Positions 8,513-17,745 of a stretch of 64,000 nucleotides of DNA are shown piece by piece. The stretch lies in assembly GCA_038239385.1 (NCBI GenBank), contig JBBSEV010000016.1:14534-78533 (forward strand). The letters are read 5' to 3'. Position numbers and translations under genes: made by a program. The stretch comes from Chitinophagales bacterium (GTDB taxonomy: Bacteria > Bacteroidota > Bacteroidia > Chitinophagales > Chitinophagaceae). The notes beneath the pieces are model-generated. The model made no database searches, was not told where the DNA came from, and was given only the letters and a program-made list of their open reading frames with translations. The stretch's first letter is position 1; each line of letters begins with the position of its first letter.

Positions 8513-9841
8513 ATGAAAAATCTATTTCTATTAATTGTTATAATTTCAACTTTTATAACTTCCTACGCACAAAACAAAACCTATAAAAAAACGCAAGCCC
8601 TTGGAATAAGTTTTATTTTAAATGATTTTGAGACTGCAGCTGATATAAGAAGTAATGGTTTGGCTAGTGTTATAAAAGCAAAAAATCTATTTAATTCAAA
8701 CCGCCAGCATGCGGGATTAGCAATAAATTACCTTTCAGGATTGAGCGAACATGTAGATTTTATCTCTTCACTTGAAGGCTCTTTTTTAAAATATCCAATC
8801 AAGAATCAACCGGCTTTTAATGAAAATAATTTTTTACTTGAGGGCACTGCAAGTGTTAATCTTAAATTGCTTACTGATAAGTATTGGGTTACCCCTTATA
8901 TAGATCTTGGTGTAGGTGCGAGTAACTATAAAAAATATTTTGCCGCATTCGTACCTATTGGCTTTGGGTTTCAAATCAATCTTTTTAGAGAAAGCTTTAT
9001 ACTTATTAACTCACAGTACCGCATACCCGTTACTGAGAATGCAAGTTATCATTTTACACACAGTATAGGAATCGCTACTAGTATAGTTTCAAAAAAAGAG
9101 ATCGCTCCTAAAGTTGTTCCCATACCAGAGATCACCGATCGTGATGGAGATGGAATAGTAGATAGTCTTGATTTATGCCCCGACCAGGCCGGCCTTGCAG
9201 CGCTGCAAGGATGTCCTGATAAAGATGGTGATGGTATCGCAGATAAAGATGATAAATGTCCTGATGTTGCAGGTTTGGTAAAATATCAGGGTTGCCCTAT
9301 ACCCGATACTGATAAAGATGGTATAAATGACGAAGAAGATAAATGTCCTAATGTTCCGGGAGTTGCCCGTTACCAGGGTTGCCCTGTACCAGATAAAGAT
9401 GGCGACGGTGTAAATGATGAGGAAGATAAATGCCCTAATGAAGCTGGCCCTGCATCAAATTTTGGCTGCCCTGTAATTGATGTAGTAGTTGTAGAGAAAA
9501 TAAATAAAGCAGCGCAAAACATTTTCTTTGCTACCGGAAGCTCAAAACTTTTGGCCAAATCTTTCAAATCATTAAAAGAAGTAGCGCAAATAATGCAGGA
9601 CAATCCATCATACAAAATTGATGTAGATGGCCATACTGATAATGTTGGTAAAGATGAACTGAATCAAAAATTATCTGAAAGCAGAGCGAATTCTGTAAAG
9701 CAATACCTGATACAAAACAGTGTAGATGAAAGCAGGATCGTTGCTACTGGTTATGGCGAAAGTAAACCTATAGAAGATAATAAGACAGTTGCAGGCCGCT
9801 CAAAAAACAGGAGAGTAGAAATGAGGCTGAGAAATTATTAA
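8513..9841 (+). CDS. OmpA family outer-membrane protein with thrombospondin type-3 repeats
   Basis: N-terminal beta-barrel-like region, repeated D.DGDG..D..D.CP calcium-binding repeats, and a C-terminal OmpA domain (GHTDNVG...NRRVE). Confidence 0.9.
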   Translation: MKNLFLLIVIISTFITSYAQNKTYKKTQALGISFILNDFETAADIRSNGLASVIKAKNLFNSNRQHAGLAINYLSGLSEHVDFISSLEGSFLKYPIKNQPAFNENNFLLEGTASVNLKLLTDKYWVTPYIDLGVGASNYKKYFAAFVPIGFGFQINLFRESFILINSQYRIPVTENASYHFTHSIGIATSIVSKKEIAPKVVPIPEITDRDGDGIVDSLDLCPDQAGLAALQGCPDKDGDGIADKDDKCPDVAGLVKYQGCPIPDTDKDGINDEEDKCPNVPGVARYQGCPVPDKDGDGVNDEEDKCPNEAGPASNFGCPVIDVVVVEKINKAAQNIFFATGSSKLLAKSFKSLKEVAQIMQDNPSYKIDVDGHTDNVGKDELNQKLSESRANSVKQYLIQNSVDESRIVATGYGESKPIEDNKTVAGRSKNRRVEMRLRNY

Positions 9842-9874
9842 TCCTTATCCCCTGAAGGGAAATAAAATATTAGA

Positions 9875-9901
9875 CCCTGTAATTTTTTTACAGGGTTTTT
9901 T
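9875..9901 (+). terminator. Rho-independent terminator
   Basis: ccctgtaa-ttttt-ttacaggg followed by tttttt. Confidence 0.7.
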
Positions 9902-10046
9902 AATTCCTGGGATTGCTTAATATTTTTTTTATGTCTTAATGCTGATTGGGTATTGTATCAAATAAGGTTTGAAAATTTTAAGCAGGAGCTGAAAGATATT
10001 CATAGATATTTTTCTTTTATGAAAATGAAATGTATATAATGGCGAA

Positions 10047-10079
10047 CATAAAAATCTCCCGGCAAAATCGCCGGGAGAT
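10047..10079 (-). terminator. Rho-independent terminator of the T9SS cargo gene
   Basis: 10-bp perfect stem atctcccggc/gccgggagat with a 6-nt loop. A T-run follows on the minus strand. Confidence 0.7.
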
Positions 10080-10096
10080 AAAAACTAACCACACAA

Positions 10097-12016
10097 TTAC
10101 TCTTTTACAATTTTTTGCGATTGAACTTCGTCCTGGGTAATCATTTTTAAAATGTAAACCCCTGAAGCAATTCCCGAAATATCGAGCTTCGAAGAGCTTG
10201 TTACATTATCCCAACGGTTTATTAATTTGGCATTAAGGCTTATTAATCTTACTTCTTTTATAACAGACGATGTATTAATATTTATATAATTATGGACAGG
10301 GTTGGGTCTAATTGTAACAACAAGCTTTTTGCTGAAATCAATTTTTACTATTTTGCTGTAAGTAAATTTGCCGTCGAAATCAATTTGTTTTAACCGGTAA
10401 TAATTAGTGCCATTTGCAATTTGCGCATCCGTAAAATTATATTTATTAGTAAAAAAAGAATTGCCTGAGCTATTTACAAAACCAATGCCTGCAAAGCTTT
10501 GTCCATTTATGCTTTTTTGGATTTCAAAACCTTTATTATTAAATTCAGAAGAGGTACTCCAGTTAAGCAACGCAGCGTTGTTTTTAAGAATAGCATTGAA
10601 GCTGAGAAGGGTAATCGGAAGAACGCTTCCATCAAAAGTAGCAAGATTGCCTGCATTGCCATAAGGCACGCTGCCAAATTGCATATACAATAAATTATTG
10701 AATATAATCGGAGAGCTAGTATAGCCATTATTACCAGCGGCACCATTATAAATTCCTCCGGGATTATTTATAAGCTTGATAGAATTGCCATCGAAATAAC
10801 CCAATTGAAATGCAGATTGAGCATTATAGTACATGAAGTAAAGATTGTTGCCATAAACAATTGGCTTATCCCAATAGCCAAAACCTCCATCAGGGTTTGC
10901 ATATACTTTCAGGCTGTTTGAAGCTGTTTGATATTGGGTAAGATGATGTAGTCCATCTGGTGTAATATAAAAAATATAAAGATTGTTATTGTACATTACA
11001 GGGATATTAGAATAACCAAAGGTGGTATTATCAGGATTAGGTACAAGACTTATAGAAGAGCCGCCAAGCTTAGCAAGCTGATACACGTTTGATGTGTTGT
11101 AATACTGAAAGAAAAGCGTATCATTATATAGAATGGGCAACCCTGTAACACCGCCATTGTTTGTGCTTGAATTTTCCGGATTTGCAATAAGGGTAGGATT
11201 GCTTACACCATCCCACACCATATATTGATATTGATCGGCTGCGCTGTAATATAAAATATAGAGTTTATTATGGTATTCAACAGGAAAATCAGGATAAAAA
11301 CCACGCGAAGTATTATCAGGATTTGGTATCAGTGTCCATGAAATACCATCATAAGTGGCTAACTGCTTGGGTCCCGCAACAGTTATATACCGTGAGCAGA
11401 TTTTACCGTCAAATATCACAGCATAATCATTAAAAAAACCTTTTGAACTGTTATCGGGATTAGGAATGAGCGTAAGGCCTGATCCATTGAATCTGGCGAA
11501 TTGTGTTACTCCTGCCGCATTAGAATAAGCTACATATAAATTATTATTATAGATCCTTGGAGAACCTATATAACCCAATCCTGCATCAGGGTTTGGATAA
11601 AGTGTAACAGACGTTCCATCAAATGAAGCAAGCCGTTGCACATTTGCAGCATCGAGATAGATAATAAAAAGTTTATTGTTGAAAACAATTTGAACAGAAT
11701 TAAAATAAACTCCGTGCCCCGCATCGGGGTTTGGTATTAATTGAATAGTGTTATTGCCTGCATTATAAACTGCCAGTTGCAATTTAAAGCCAGATGATGC
11801 AGTGTCTGATGTTCCGGAAGCGTTGTATTCAAGCACAAGTGTATTATTAAGCGTATCCGCATTTCCGGCATATCCTGATAGCGCACCGCTACCGGTCCAT
11901 GCAAAAATACCTGGCGTCGAAGGATTGGGTACAACATTAATTGATTGAGCGCTTGCAATAAATGAATTACAAACTGCAAACACAATAATTATAATAAGAA
12001 GTAATTTTTGTTTCAT
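10097..12016 (-). CDS. T9SS-sorted secreted protein with nine P-N-P-D-type repeats (probable beta-propeller)
   Basis: Signal peptide. Nine repeats of about 45-50 aa are anchored on (L/V)(I/Y)(P/A)NP(D/E)...G and NN(K/L)(L)(Y/F). The C-terminal Por/T9SS sorting domain reads ...IRPNPVHNYINI...GVYILKMITQ.... Confidence 0.8.
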   Translation of the reverse strand: MKQKLLLIIIIVFAVCNSFIASAQSINVVPNPSTPGIFAWTGSGALSGYAGNADTLNNTLVLEYNASGTSDTASSGFKLQLAVYNAGNNTIQLIPNPDAGHGVYFNSVQIVFNNKLFIIYLDAANVQRLASFDGTSVTLYPNPDAGLGYIGSPRIYNNNLYVAYSNAAGVTQFARFNGSGLTLIPNPDNSSKGFFNDYAVIFDGKICSRYITVAGPKQLATYDGISWTLIPNPDNTSRGFYPDFPVEYHNKLYILYYSAADQYQYMVWDGVSNPTLIANPENSSTNNGGVTGLPILYNDTLFFQYYNTSNVYQLAKLGGSSISLVPNPDNTTFGYSNIPVMYNNNLYIFYITPDGLHHLTQYQTASNSLKVYANPDGGFGYWDKPIVYGNNLYFMYYNAQSAFQLGYFDGNSIKLINNPGGIYNGAAGNNGYTSSPIIFNNLLYMQFGSVPYGNAGNLATFDGSVLPITLLSFNAILKNNAALLNWSTSSEFNNKGFEIQKSINGQSFAGIGFVNSSGNSFFTNKYNFTDAQIANGTNYYRLKQIDFDGKFTYSKIVKIDFSKKLVVTIRPNPVHNYININTSSVIKEVRLISLNAKLINRWDNVTSSSKLDISGIASGVYILKMITQDEVQSQKIVKE

Positions 12017-12406
12017 TTTTATACTTTAATATGAAAATTATTTTGATAGGGATAAAAAAAATTAAGTGTTGGGCTTTGTAAAAAGTTAAGAATCGGATAT
12101 TACAAATGATTGTGTAAAAAATAATGGAAACTGATACAATGCCTTCAGGTGAAGAGTAAATCTTTTTTCATTTTTACCATCCACTCGTTCAAACCTCATT
12201 ATTGGTGAACCCAGTAAATGAGCCATTTGCGGTTGATGTAGTATGTTAAAAAGAAATTAAATCAATTAAAATATTCGCATGAGATTATTGTTTTTGAAAC
12301 ACATATGTAGTCTGCCCGAAACCTATGTTAACTCCTGAGGTTATCGGAGGATAAACAGCAGTTAACGTATTAATCCGTGATAGGCTGATATCAGAGATTA
12401 AAATCC

Positions 12407-12853
12407 CTACTGCTTCTCGTAATAATAATCAGGAGGTGTTATTCCGGTACCTGCATCTTGTGCATAGTGAACATATAACACAGTGTTATTATTTTGTAAG
12501 GTAAGAGTGGCAGATGCATGCCCAACTACTGAATTATTGGTTCCGTAGCGATAAGTACCGATGCTGCTATAAGTACCTGTCCCGGTAGTTGCAATGCTTG
12601 CATAAATGACATCGCCAACAGAGAATGCGTATGGCTGACTGCCTAACTTGGTTATATTTCCTGTAGTACCACTGGAGTTTATAACAAATTCCAGTATATT
12701 ACCACTTGTCTGGCCCCAGGCTGTCGTTTGCCATGTACCTGTTATAGTGCCTGCTTGTGTTTTTGTATCGCTTTTTTTACAGGAAATAAAAGCCATTATT
12801 AATATGGCGGCAACGATTGACTTGAAGAAAGTTTTTGTTTTCATTTTTTTCAT
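12407..12853 (-). CDS. Hypothetical lipoprotein
   Basis: Lipobox AFISCKK in a Thr/Gly-rich 148-aa protein. Confidence 0.6.
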   Translation of the reverse strand: MKKMKTKTFFKSIVAAILIMAFISCKKSDTKTQAGTITGTWQTTAWGQTSGNILEFVINSSGTTGNITKLGSQPYAFSVGDVIYASIATTGTGTYSSIGTYRYGTNNSVVGHASATLTLQNNNTVLYVHYAQDAGTGITPPDYYYEKQ

Positions 12854-12983
12854 TTAAAGTTTAATAAATTTTTACTCGGTAAAGTTTTACCATTCACTTG
12901 CAGCAAACAATACTACTTATGGGTAATTTTTTATTGAAGAATGTTAGCCGATTTTGCACCATTAAATTCAATTACTTTGAGGT

Positions 12984-15900
12984 ATGAAATTGTATAGACA
13001 GTTCCTGTTAATCGTTTTCTTATCTAATCTCTTTTCAATTTCAGCAGGCCAAATCCAAATTAAACAAACCGAAAAAAAATGTCCGGTAAGAACACTTAAT
13101 TACGAAACCGGCCTTATTAATAATGCAACCACTTTTGTATTAACCGATGTACTGGGGTTTACCTGGATATCTGCTAAAACAGGCCTGCAACGATTTAATG
13201 GCAATAAATTAGAAACTGTATTGCCCGTTATAAACAACGATACGCTCAATATTAATCAACCTGTATATTTATTCAATCTGCACAATGGGTTTATGTGGAT
13301 AAGCTATAGGGGCTTTATTATAGAATACAATCCTTACAGAAATACTTTCAGAAAGATTATTATGCTGGAACCTTCTGCAAATAATGGATTTGATATTGTG
13401 CCTTTAAAAGAAACAGCTGAAGGTATTTGGTGCATGCAGAAAAATAAGGGCATTCTTATCTATTCTGCAGAAGGGAAAGTTGTGCAGTCATTTTCAAATT
13501 ATAAAACTTCCGTTATAGATACTCTCTTTTCATCAGAAAACATTTTATATAAAAATATCGTTGCCATTAATACTAATTATATTTTTATTTCCGCCGCAAG
13601 CAATGAGATTTTTAAAATAAATACTACTACAAAAAAATTCGATCTTTTAAATTACGAAAGCAGTTACAGAGCGTGTTTAACCTGCTTTTATAACACATTG
13701 TTTGCAGTTGCAAATGGCAAGTTATTATTGATAGACGCTGATGACAACTTAATCAGGAAAACTATTTTTATAAACAACCTTAATGATCAACCTTTTAAAG
13801 CTAATGTAGTAAATAGCGACGAAATAGGGCACCTATTCATATCCGTTAGTAATCATCTATATGAATTTGATACGGCCGGAAACTATAAAAGTGAAATTAC
13901 TGACCTTAATCGAAATGCAGTTGTAACTGCCGGGTTTATTAATAAAATTTATGCTGATAAATTTGGCCGGATATGGTTATTGAGCAATGATAATGTTATC
14001 TGTATTCAAAACAGGGAAACACCTTTCACACATTTTATTTATCCGGAAACTAAAAATAATTTCATCAGGAGCCTTTATTATGATGAGCAGGAATATCTAT
14101 TGTTTGCAGGCTGTTTGAGCGGGGGTTTACAACTGTATGATACCCTGGGAAATGCTGTATGGAAAGCGCCTTTAAACACGAAATGGGTGAAAGATGTTTT
14201 GGCTATAGAAAAATTGATGGACGATAAATATTTAATCGTCACTTTTGGGCACGGTTGGTACATATTTACACTTTCAGCCAAACAACTTCGGCCTTTTGAT
14301 ATTTCTGCGGCAGTAAACGCAATCCTGGAGCCTTACTTAGTTAGATTTACAAATAATATTCAGCGGTTAGATGATAGCACTATTGTTGTAGCTACGTACA
14401 AAAATATATTTCGATGCGTTTTTTATAAAACTGTATTGAAGTCTGTAGTGCCGCTTTTACCTTTTACAAATGAATTTCAAAACCAGATAAATTGTTTTTT
14501 TTATGCAACCGATAAAACTTTATGGACCGGCACTTCAACAGGCGTGCTTTACAGGCTTGATAAGAATCATAAGGCAACAACTTATCAAATACCCGGCAAT
14601 TATATAGTGAGAACGATTGCCGAAGATGGCTTACATAATGTATGGGTTGGCACAGATAAGGGCCTTTGCATTTATTCTCAGCAAGGCAAATTTTTAAAAG
14701 AAATTACCTCAGAAACCGGACTGCTTAATGATTGTATATATTCATTGCTTCCTGTAAATGATAACAGTTCTGTTTTTGTAAGTAGTAACTACGGCTTGTC
14801 TTATATTTCTTTACAGGGCACTATAAAAAATTATTCAAAAGAATTAAGCCTCCAGGATCTTGAATTTAATACAGCATCTTGTGTAAAAACACACACAGGT
14901 AAATTATATTTTGGCGGTGTTGATGGTGTTACTTCTTTTTATCCGGGTTCACTTTCGGCAGCCAATGATACGCCAGGCATATTTATTACAAAACTTATAA
15001 TCAATGATATTCCTTTTAATTTTTCATGCCCGTTTCGAAAAGGAGATTCTCTGCTTTTAGATTATTCGAACAATCATTTACAGCTGGGGATTACAGCGCT
15101 CGGTCTTTTAAACCCTGATGAATATATTTATAAATACCGCTTAAAAGGGTTTCAAAATCAATGGGAGATAACTCACCAGCCAGATAATATCAATTATATT
15201 TTGCCACCGGGGCAGTACACGCTGCAGATTATATGCAGCCCTAATCTTTCAACAAATGTTTTTTTCCAAAAAAATATAACAATAATCATTGCTTATCCAT
15301 GGTGGCAAACCTGGTGGTTCACCATACTCGTCATCTTGCTATCTATAGCGTTGATAGCTTTTATTGTTCATCTCTACAACAAGAATAAGTATAACCAAAA
15401 AATAAAATTGCTGCAGGCGAAGAACGAAATACAAATGGAGAAGGAACGCATCAGCCGTGACTTACATGATAACCTTGGTGCCCAGGCCAATTCTTTATTG
15501 CATGGAACAGAACAACTACAAAATCTTAATACATCAGAATCTGTGCTCGTAAATAACCTTCACACTACTGCCCGTGATATGATGCATTCATTAAGAGAAA
15601 CTATCTGGGTAATGAAACACAATGATGCAAAAGCTTCGGAGATTTGGTTCAGGATCATAAACTTCTCAAGGCAATTGGGCTTTTTTTATAAGGAAATAAA
15701 AATAACTGCTGACGGAGAATTGCCCGATCAGTTTTCATTCAATTCTGAAAAAGCCTTGCACATAATTTTAATAGTACAGGAGGCTTTGAATAATGCAGTG
15801 AAACATTCTGATGCAAAAAATATACTAACTGTAAGCACTATCCATGCTAATGAATGGATAATAAAAGTGAAAGATGATGGTAAAGGTATCAACAGTAAAG

Positions 15901-16034
15901 AAGTCGCTAAAACCGCTGGAGGCTTTGGTTTGAATAACATGAAAGAGAGATCTCTTATGGCGGGAATAAATTTATTGATAGACAGCACAGCCGCAAATGG
16001 GACTTGCATAGCTTTGTACATACCTTTAAAATAA
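12984..16034 (+). CDS. Sensor histidine kinase with a periplasmic two-component-regulator propeller/Y_Y_Y region and a HisKA_3 + HATPase core
   Basis: 1016 aa. Long propeller-like N-terminal region, a Y_Y_Y-like segment (YIYKYRLKGFQNQW), a TM helix (WWFTILVILLSIALIAFIV), the H-box ERISRDLHDNLG, and the ATPase motif GGFGLNNMKER. Confidence 0.85.
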   Translation: MKLYRQFLLIVFLSNLFSISAGQIQIKQTEKKCPVRTLNYETGLINNATTFVLTDVLGFTWISAKTGLQRFNGNKLETVLPVINNDTLNINQPVYLFNLHNGFMWISYRGFIIEYNPYRNTFRKIIMLEPSANNGFDIVPLKETAEGIWCMQKNKGILIYSAEGKVVQSFSNYKTSVIDTLFSSENILYKNIVAINTNYIFISAASNEIFKINTTTKKFDLLNYESSYRACLTCFYNTLFAVANGKLLLIDADDNLIRKTIFINNLNDQPFKANVVNSDEIGHLFISVSNHLYEFDTAGNYKSEITDLNRNAVVTAGFINKIYADKFGRIWLLSNDNVICIQNRETPFTHFIYPETKNNFIRSLYYDEQEYLLFAGCLSGGLQLYDTLGNAVWKAPLNTKWVKDVLAIEKLMDDKYLIVTFGHGWYIFTLSAKQLRPFDISAAVNAILEPYLVRFTNNIQRLDDSTIVVATYKNIFRCVFYKTVLKSVVPLLPFTNEFQNQINCFFYATDKTLWTGTSTGVLYRLDKNHKATTYQIPGNYIVRTIAEDGLHNVWVGTDKGLCIYSQQGKFLKEITSETGLLNDCIYSLLPVNDNSSVFVSSNYGLSYISLQGTIKNYSKELSLQDLEFNTASCVKTHTGKLYFGGVDGVTSFYPGSLSAANDTPGIFITKLIINDIPFNFSCPFRKGDSLLLDYSNNHLQLGITALGLLNPDEYIYKYRLKGFQNQWEITHQPDNINYILPPGQYTLQIICSPNLSTNVFFQKNITIIIAYPWWQTWWFTILVILLSIALIAFIVHLYNKNKYNQKIKLLQAKNEIQMEKERISRDLHDNLGAQANSLLHGTEQLQNLNTSESVLVNNLHTTARDMMHSLRETIWVMKHNDAKASEIWFRIINFSRQLGFFYKEIKITADGELPDQFSFNSEKALHIILIVQEALNNAVKHSDAKNILTVSTIHANEWIIKVKDDGKGINSKEVAKTAGGFGLNNMKERSLMAGINLLIDSTAANGTCIALYIPLK

Positions 16035-16094
16035 TAACCCAAATTGATTATTGATTGTAAAAAAGAAAGGCCTCAACTTTGATAAAATAGCATC

Positions 16095-16769
16095 ATGATA
16101 AAAGTTGCCATTGTAGATGACAAAGCAAGTAACAGGAGAGTATTGGAAGAAAAACTACTCAGCAACAATTCATTTTCAATAACATTCAATGCTGTTAATG
16201 GTGAAGAATTTTTAGAAAAGATGAGGTTCAGGAATGAAAATGAAATGCCTGATATAGTAATTATGGATCTTGAAATGCCGGTGTTAGATGGAGTAGCAAC
16301 CGTTGCCACAGCCTCATCTTTGTACCCTGATATCAAATTCGTAGTGCTCACAGTTTTTGATGATGATGATAAAATTTTTAAAGCAATAAAATCAGGAGCA
16401 TGTGGGTATTTACTGAAAGAAGAAAGCAGTGCAACCATCACTGATATGTTGATAAATTTGTCGGTAAATGGCGCCGGGCCTATTTCTCCAAGTATTGCTT
16501 ATAAGATTTTGCAGATGATTCAGAATCAGCAGGGCGAAACAATGAAGCAGCAGGAGCATGCGCATAACGAAGATTTCTTTTTGCTAAGCGAACGTGAAAA
16601 AGAAATATTACAGTTTATTTGCCGCGGACTTGATTATAAGGAAATTGCTTCACAAATTATTATCAGTCCTAACACAGTAAAAAAACATATTGCCAATATT
16701 TACCACAAGCTTCATGTAAACAGCAAAGCACAGGTTATGCGTATTGCATACTTAAAAGGATTGATCTGA
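16095..16769 (+). CDS. Response regulator, NarL/LuxR family
   Basis: Receiver domain (IVIMDLEMPVLDG) plus a C-terminal LuxR HTH (LSEREKEILQFICRGLDYKEIASQIIISPNTVKKHIANIYHKL). Confidence 0.9.
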   Translation: MIKVAIVDDKASNRRVLEEKLLSNNSFSITFNAVNGEEFLEKMRFRNENEMPDIVIMDLEMPVLDGVATVATASSLYPDIKFVVLTVFDDDDKIFKAIKSGACGYLLKEESSATITDMLINLSVNGAGPISPSIAYKILQMIQNQQGETMKQQEHAHNEDFFLLSEREKEILQFICRGLDYKEIASQIIISPNTVKKHIANIYHKLHVNSKAQVMRIAYLKGLI

Positions 16770-16811
16770 TAAATAAAATCTTGTACATAAATATTATGCA
16801 AAAGATTTTAT

Positions 16812-17633
16812 TTAAATAACCGCTTCTCTTATTCTTAGTAATTTAACCAGAAGTTCTTCAAGCAAATCAAGCTTAAGCATATTAGCACCATCACTTAGTG
16901 CACATGATGGGTCAGGATGAGTTTCTATAAACAATCCATCGGCGCCGGTTGCTATAGCGGCTTTTGCAATAGTTTCAATCATTTGTGGGTTGCCGCCAGT
17001 AACACCACTGCTTTGATTGGGTTGTTGTAAACTATGTGTGCAATCCATAATGACAGGCACCCCATAATTTTTCATGACAGGTATATTTCTATAGTCAACT
17101 ACCAGGTCGGTGTAGCCGAAAGTATTGCCACGGTCAGTAAGCATCACTTTATCATTACCGGCTTTTGTAATTTTTTCAACCGCAAACTTCATAGATTCTC
17201 CATTTACAAATTGGCCTTTTTTTACATTCACTATTTTTCCTGTCTGTGCTGCTGCAATTAACAGGTCTGTTTGACGGCATAGAAAAGCAGGTATCTGCAA
17301 AACATCAATATACTTAGCAGCAATAGCTGCCTCTTCATGTGCATGAATATCAGATGTTGTAGGAAGAGAAAATTTTTTGCCCGCTTTATTTACAATTTGT
17401 AAAGCATCTTCATCTCCAAGGCCTGTAAACGAAGAAGCGCTTGTGCGATTGGCTTTGCGATAAGATGCTTTGAATATATATGGAATTTCAAGCTTCTTAC
17501 AAATCCCCGAAACTTTTCCGGCAATCTCCATTACAATGCCTTCGCTTTCTACCACACATGGCCCGGCAATGAGAAAGAAATTATTTTTATTGTATTGTTG
17601 ATTGCTAAAAAGCTTTGGAAGAAAAGAATTCAT
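16812..17633 (-). CDS. kdsA: 3-deoxy-8-phosphooctulonate (KDO-8-P) synthase
   Basis: 273 aa. Motifs FLIAGPCVVESE, FKASYRKANRTS, DIHAHEE, LQIPAFLCRQTDL and DCTHSLQ. Confidence 0.9.
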   Translation of the reverse strand: MNSFLPKLFSNQQYNKNNFFLIAGPCVVESEGIVMEIAGKVSGICKKLEIPYIFKASYRKANRTSASSFTGLGDEDALQIVNKAGKKFSLPTTSDIHAHEEAAIAAKYIDVLQIPAFLCRQTDLLIAAAQTGKIVNVKKGQFVNGESMKFAVEKITKAGNDKVMLTDRGNTFGYTDLVVDYRNIPVMKNYGVPVIMDCTHSLQQPNQSSGVTGGNPQMIETIAKAAIATGADGLFIETHPDPSCALSDGANMLKLDLLEELLVKLLRIREAVI

Positions 17634-17646
17634 TTAATTTTTTTAG

Positions 17647-17654
17647 CAAATATA
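17647..17654 (-). promoter_or_regulatory. Candidate -7 box (TATATTTG on the minus strand) for kdsA
   Basis: Plus-strand caaatata at 17647-17654, 14 nt upstream of the kdsA ATG at 17633. Confidence 0.35.
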
Positions 17655-17691
17655 CCTTATCTGGTAAAGGTGTTTTAGGTGATATTCGTTA

Positions 17692-17721
17692 TAAAAAAAC
17701 CGCCAAAATTTTGGGCGGTTT
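17692..17721 (-). terminator. Rho-independent terminator of the amino acid permease gene
   Basis: aaaccgcc/ggcggttt stem. On the minus strand a run of 7 T follows. Confidence 0.65.
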
Positions 17722-17745
17722 CTTTATTTGAAGATTTTAAAAATA

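Noticed and set aside
9130-9470. Periodic DNA similarity (gatggtgatgg..., gataaatgtcct...) that could be mistaken for a tandem repeat or array.
   Set aside because: It is fully explained by thrombospondin type-3 calcium-binding repeats within the OmpA-family coding sequence. The spacing and lack of unique spacers rule out CRISPR.
16073-16441. 122-aa minus-strand ORF.
   Set aside because: It is antisense to the clearly real LuxR-family response regulator. The Ser-rich composition is typical of shadow ORFs.
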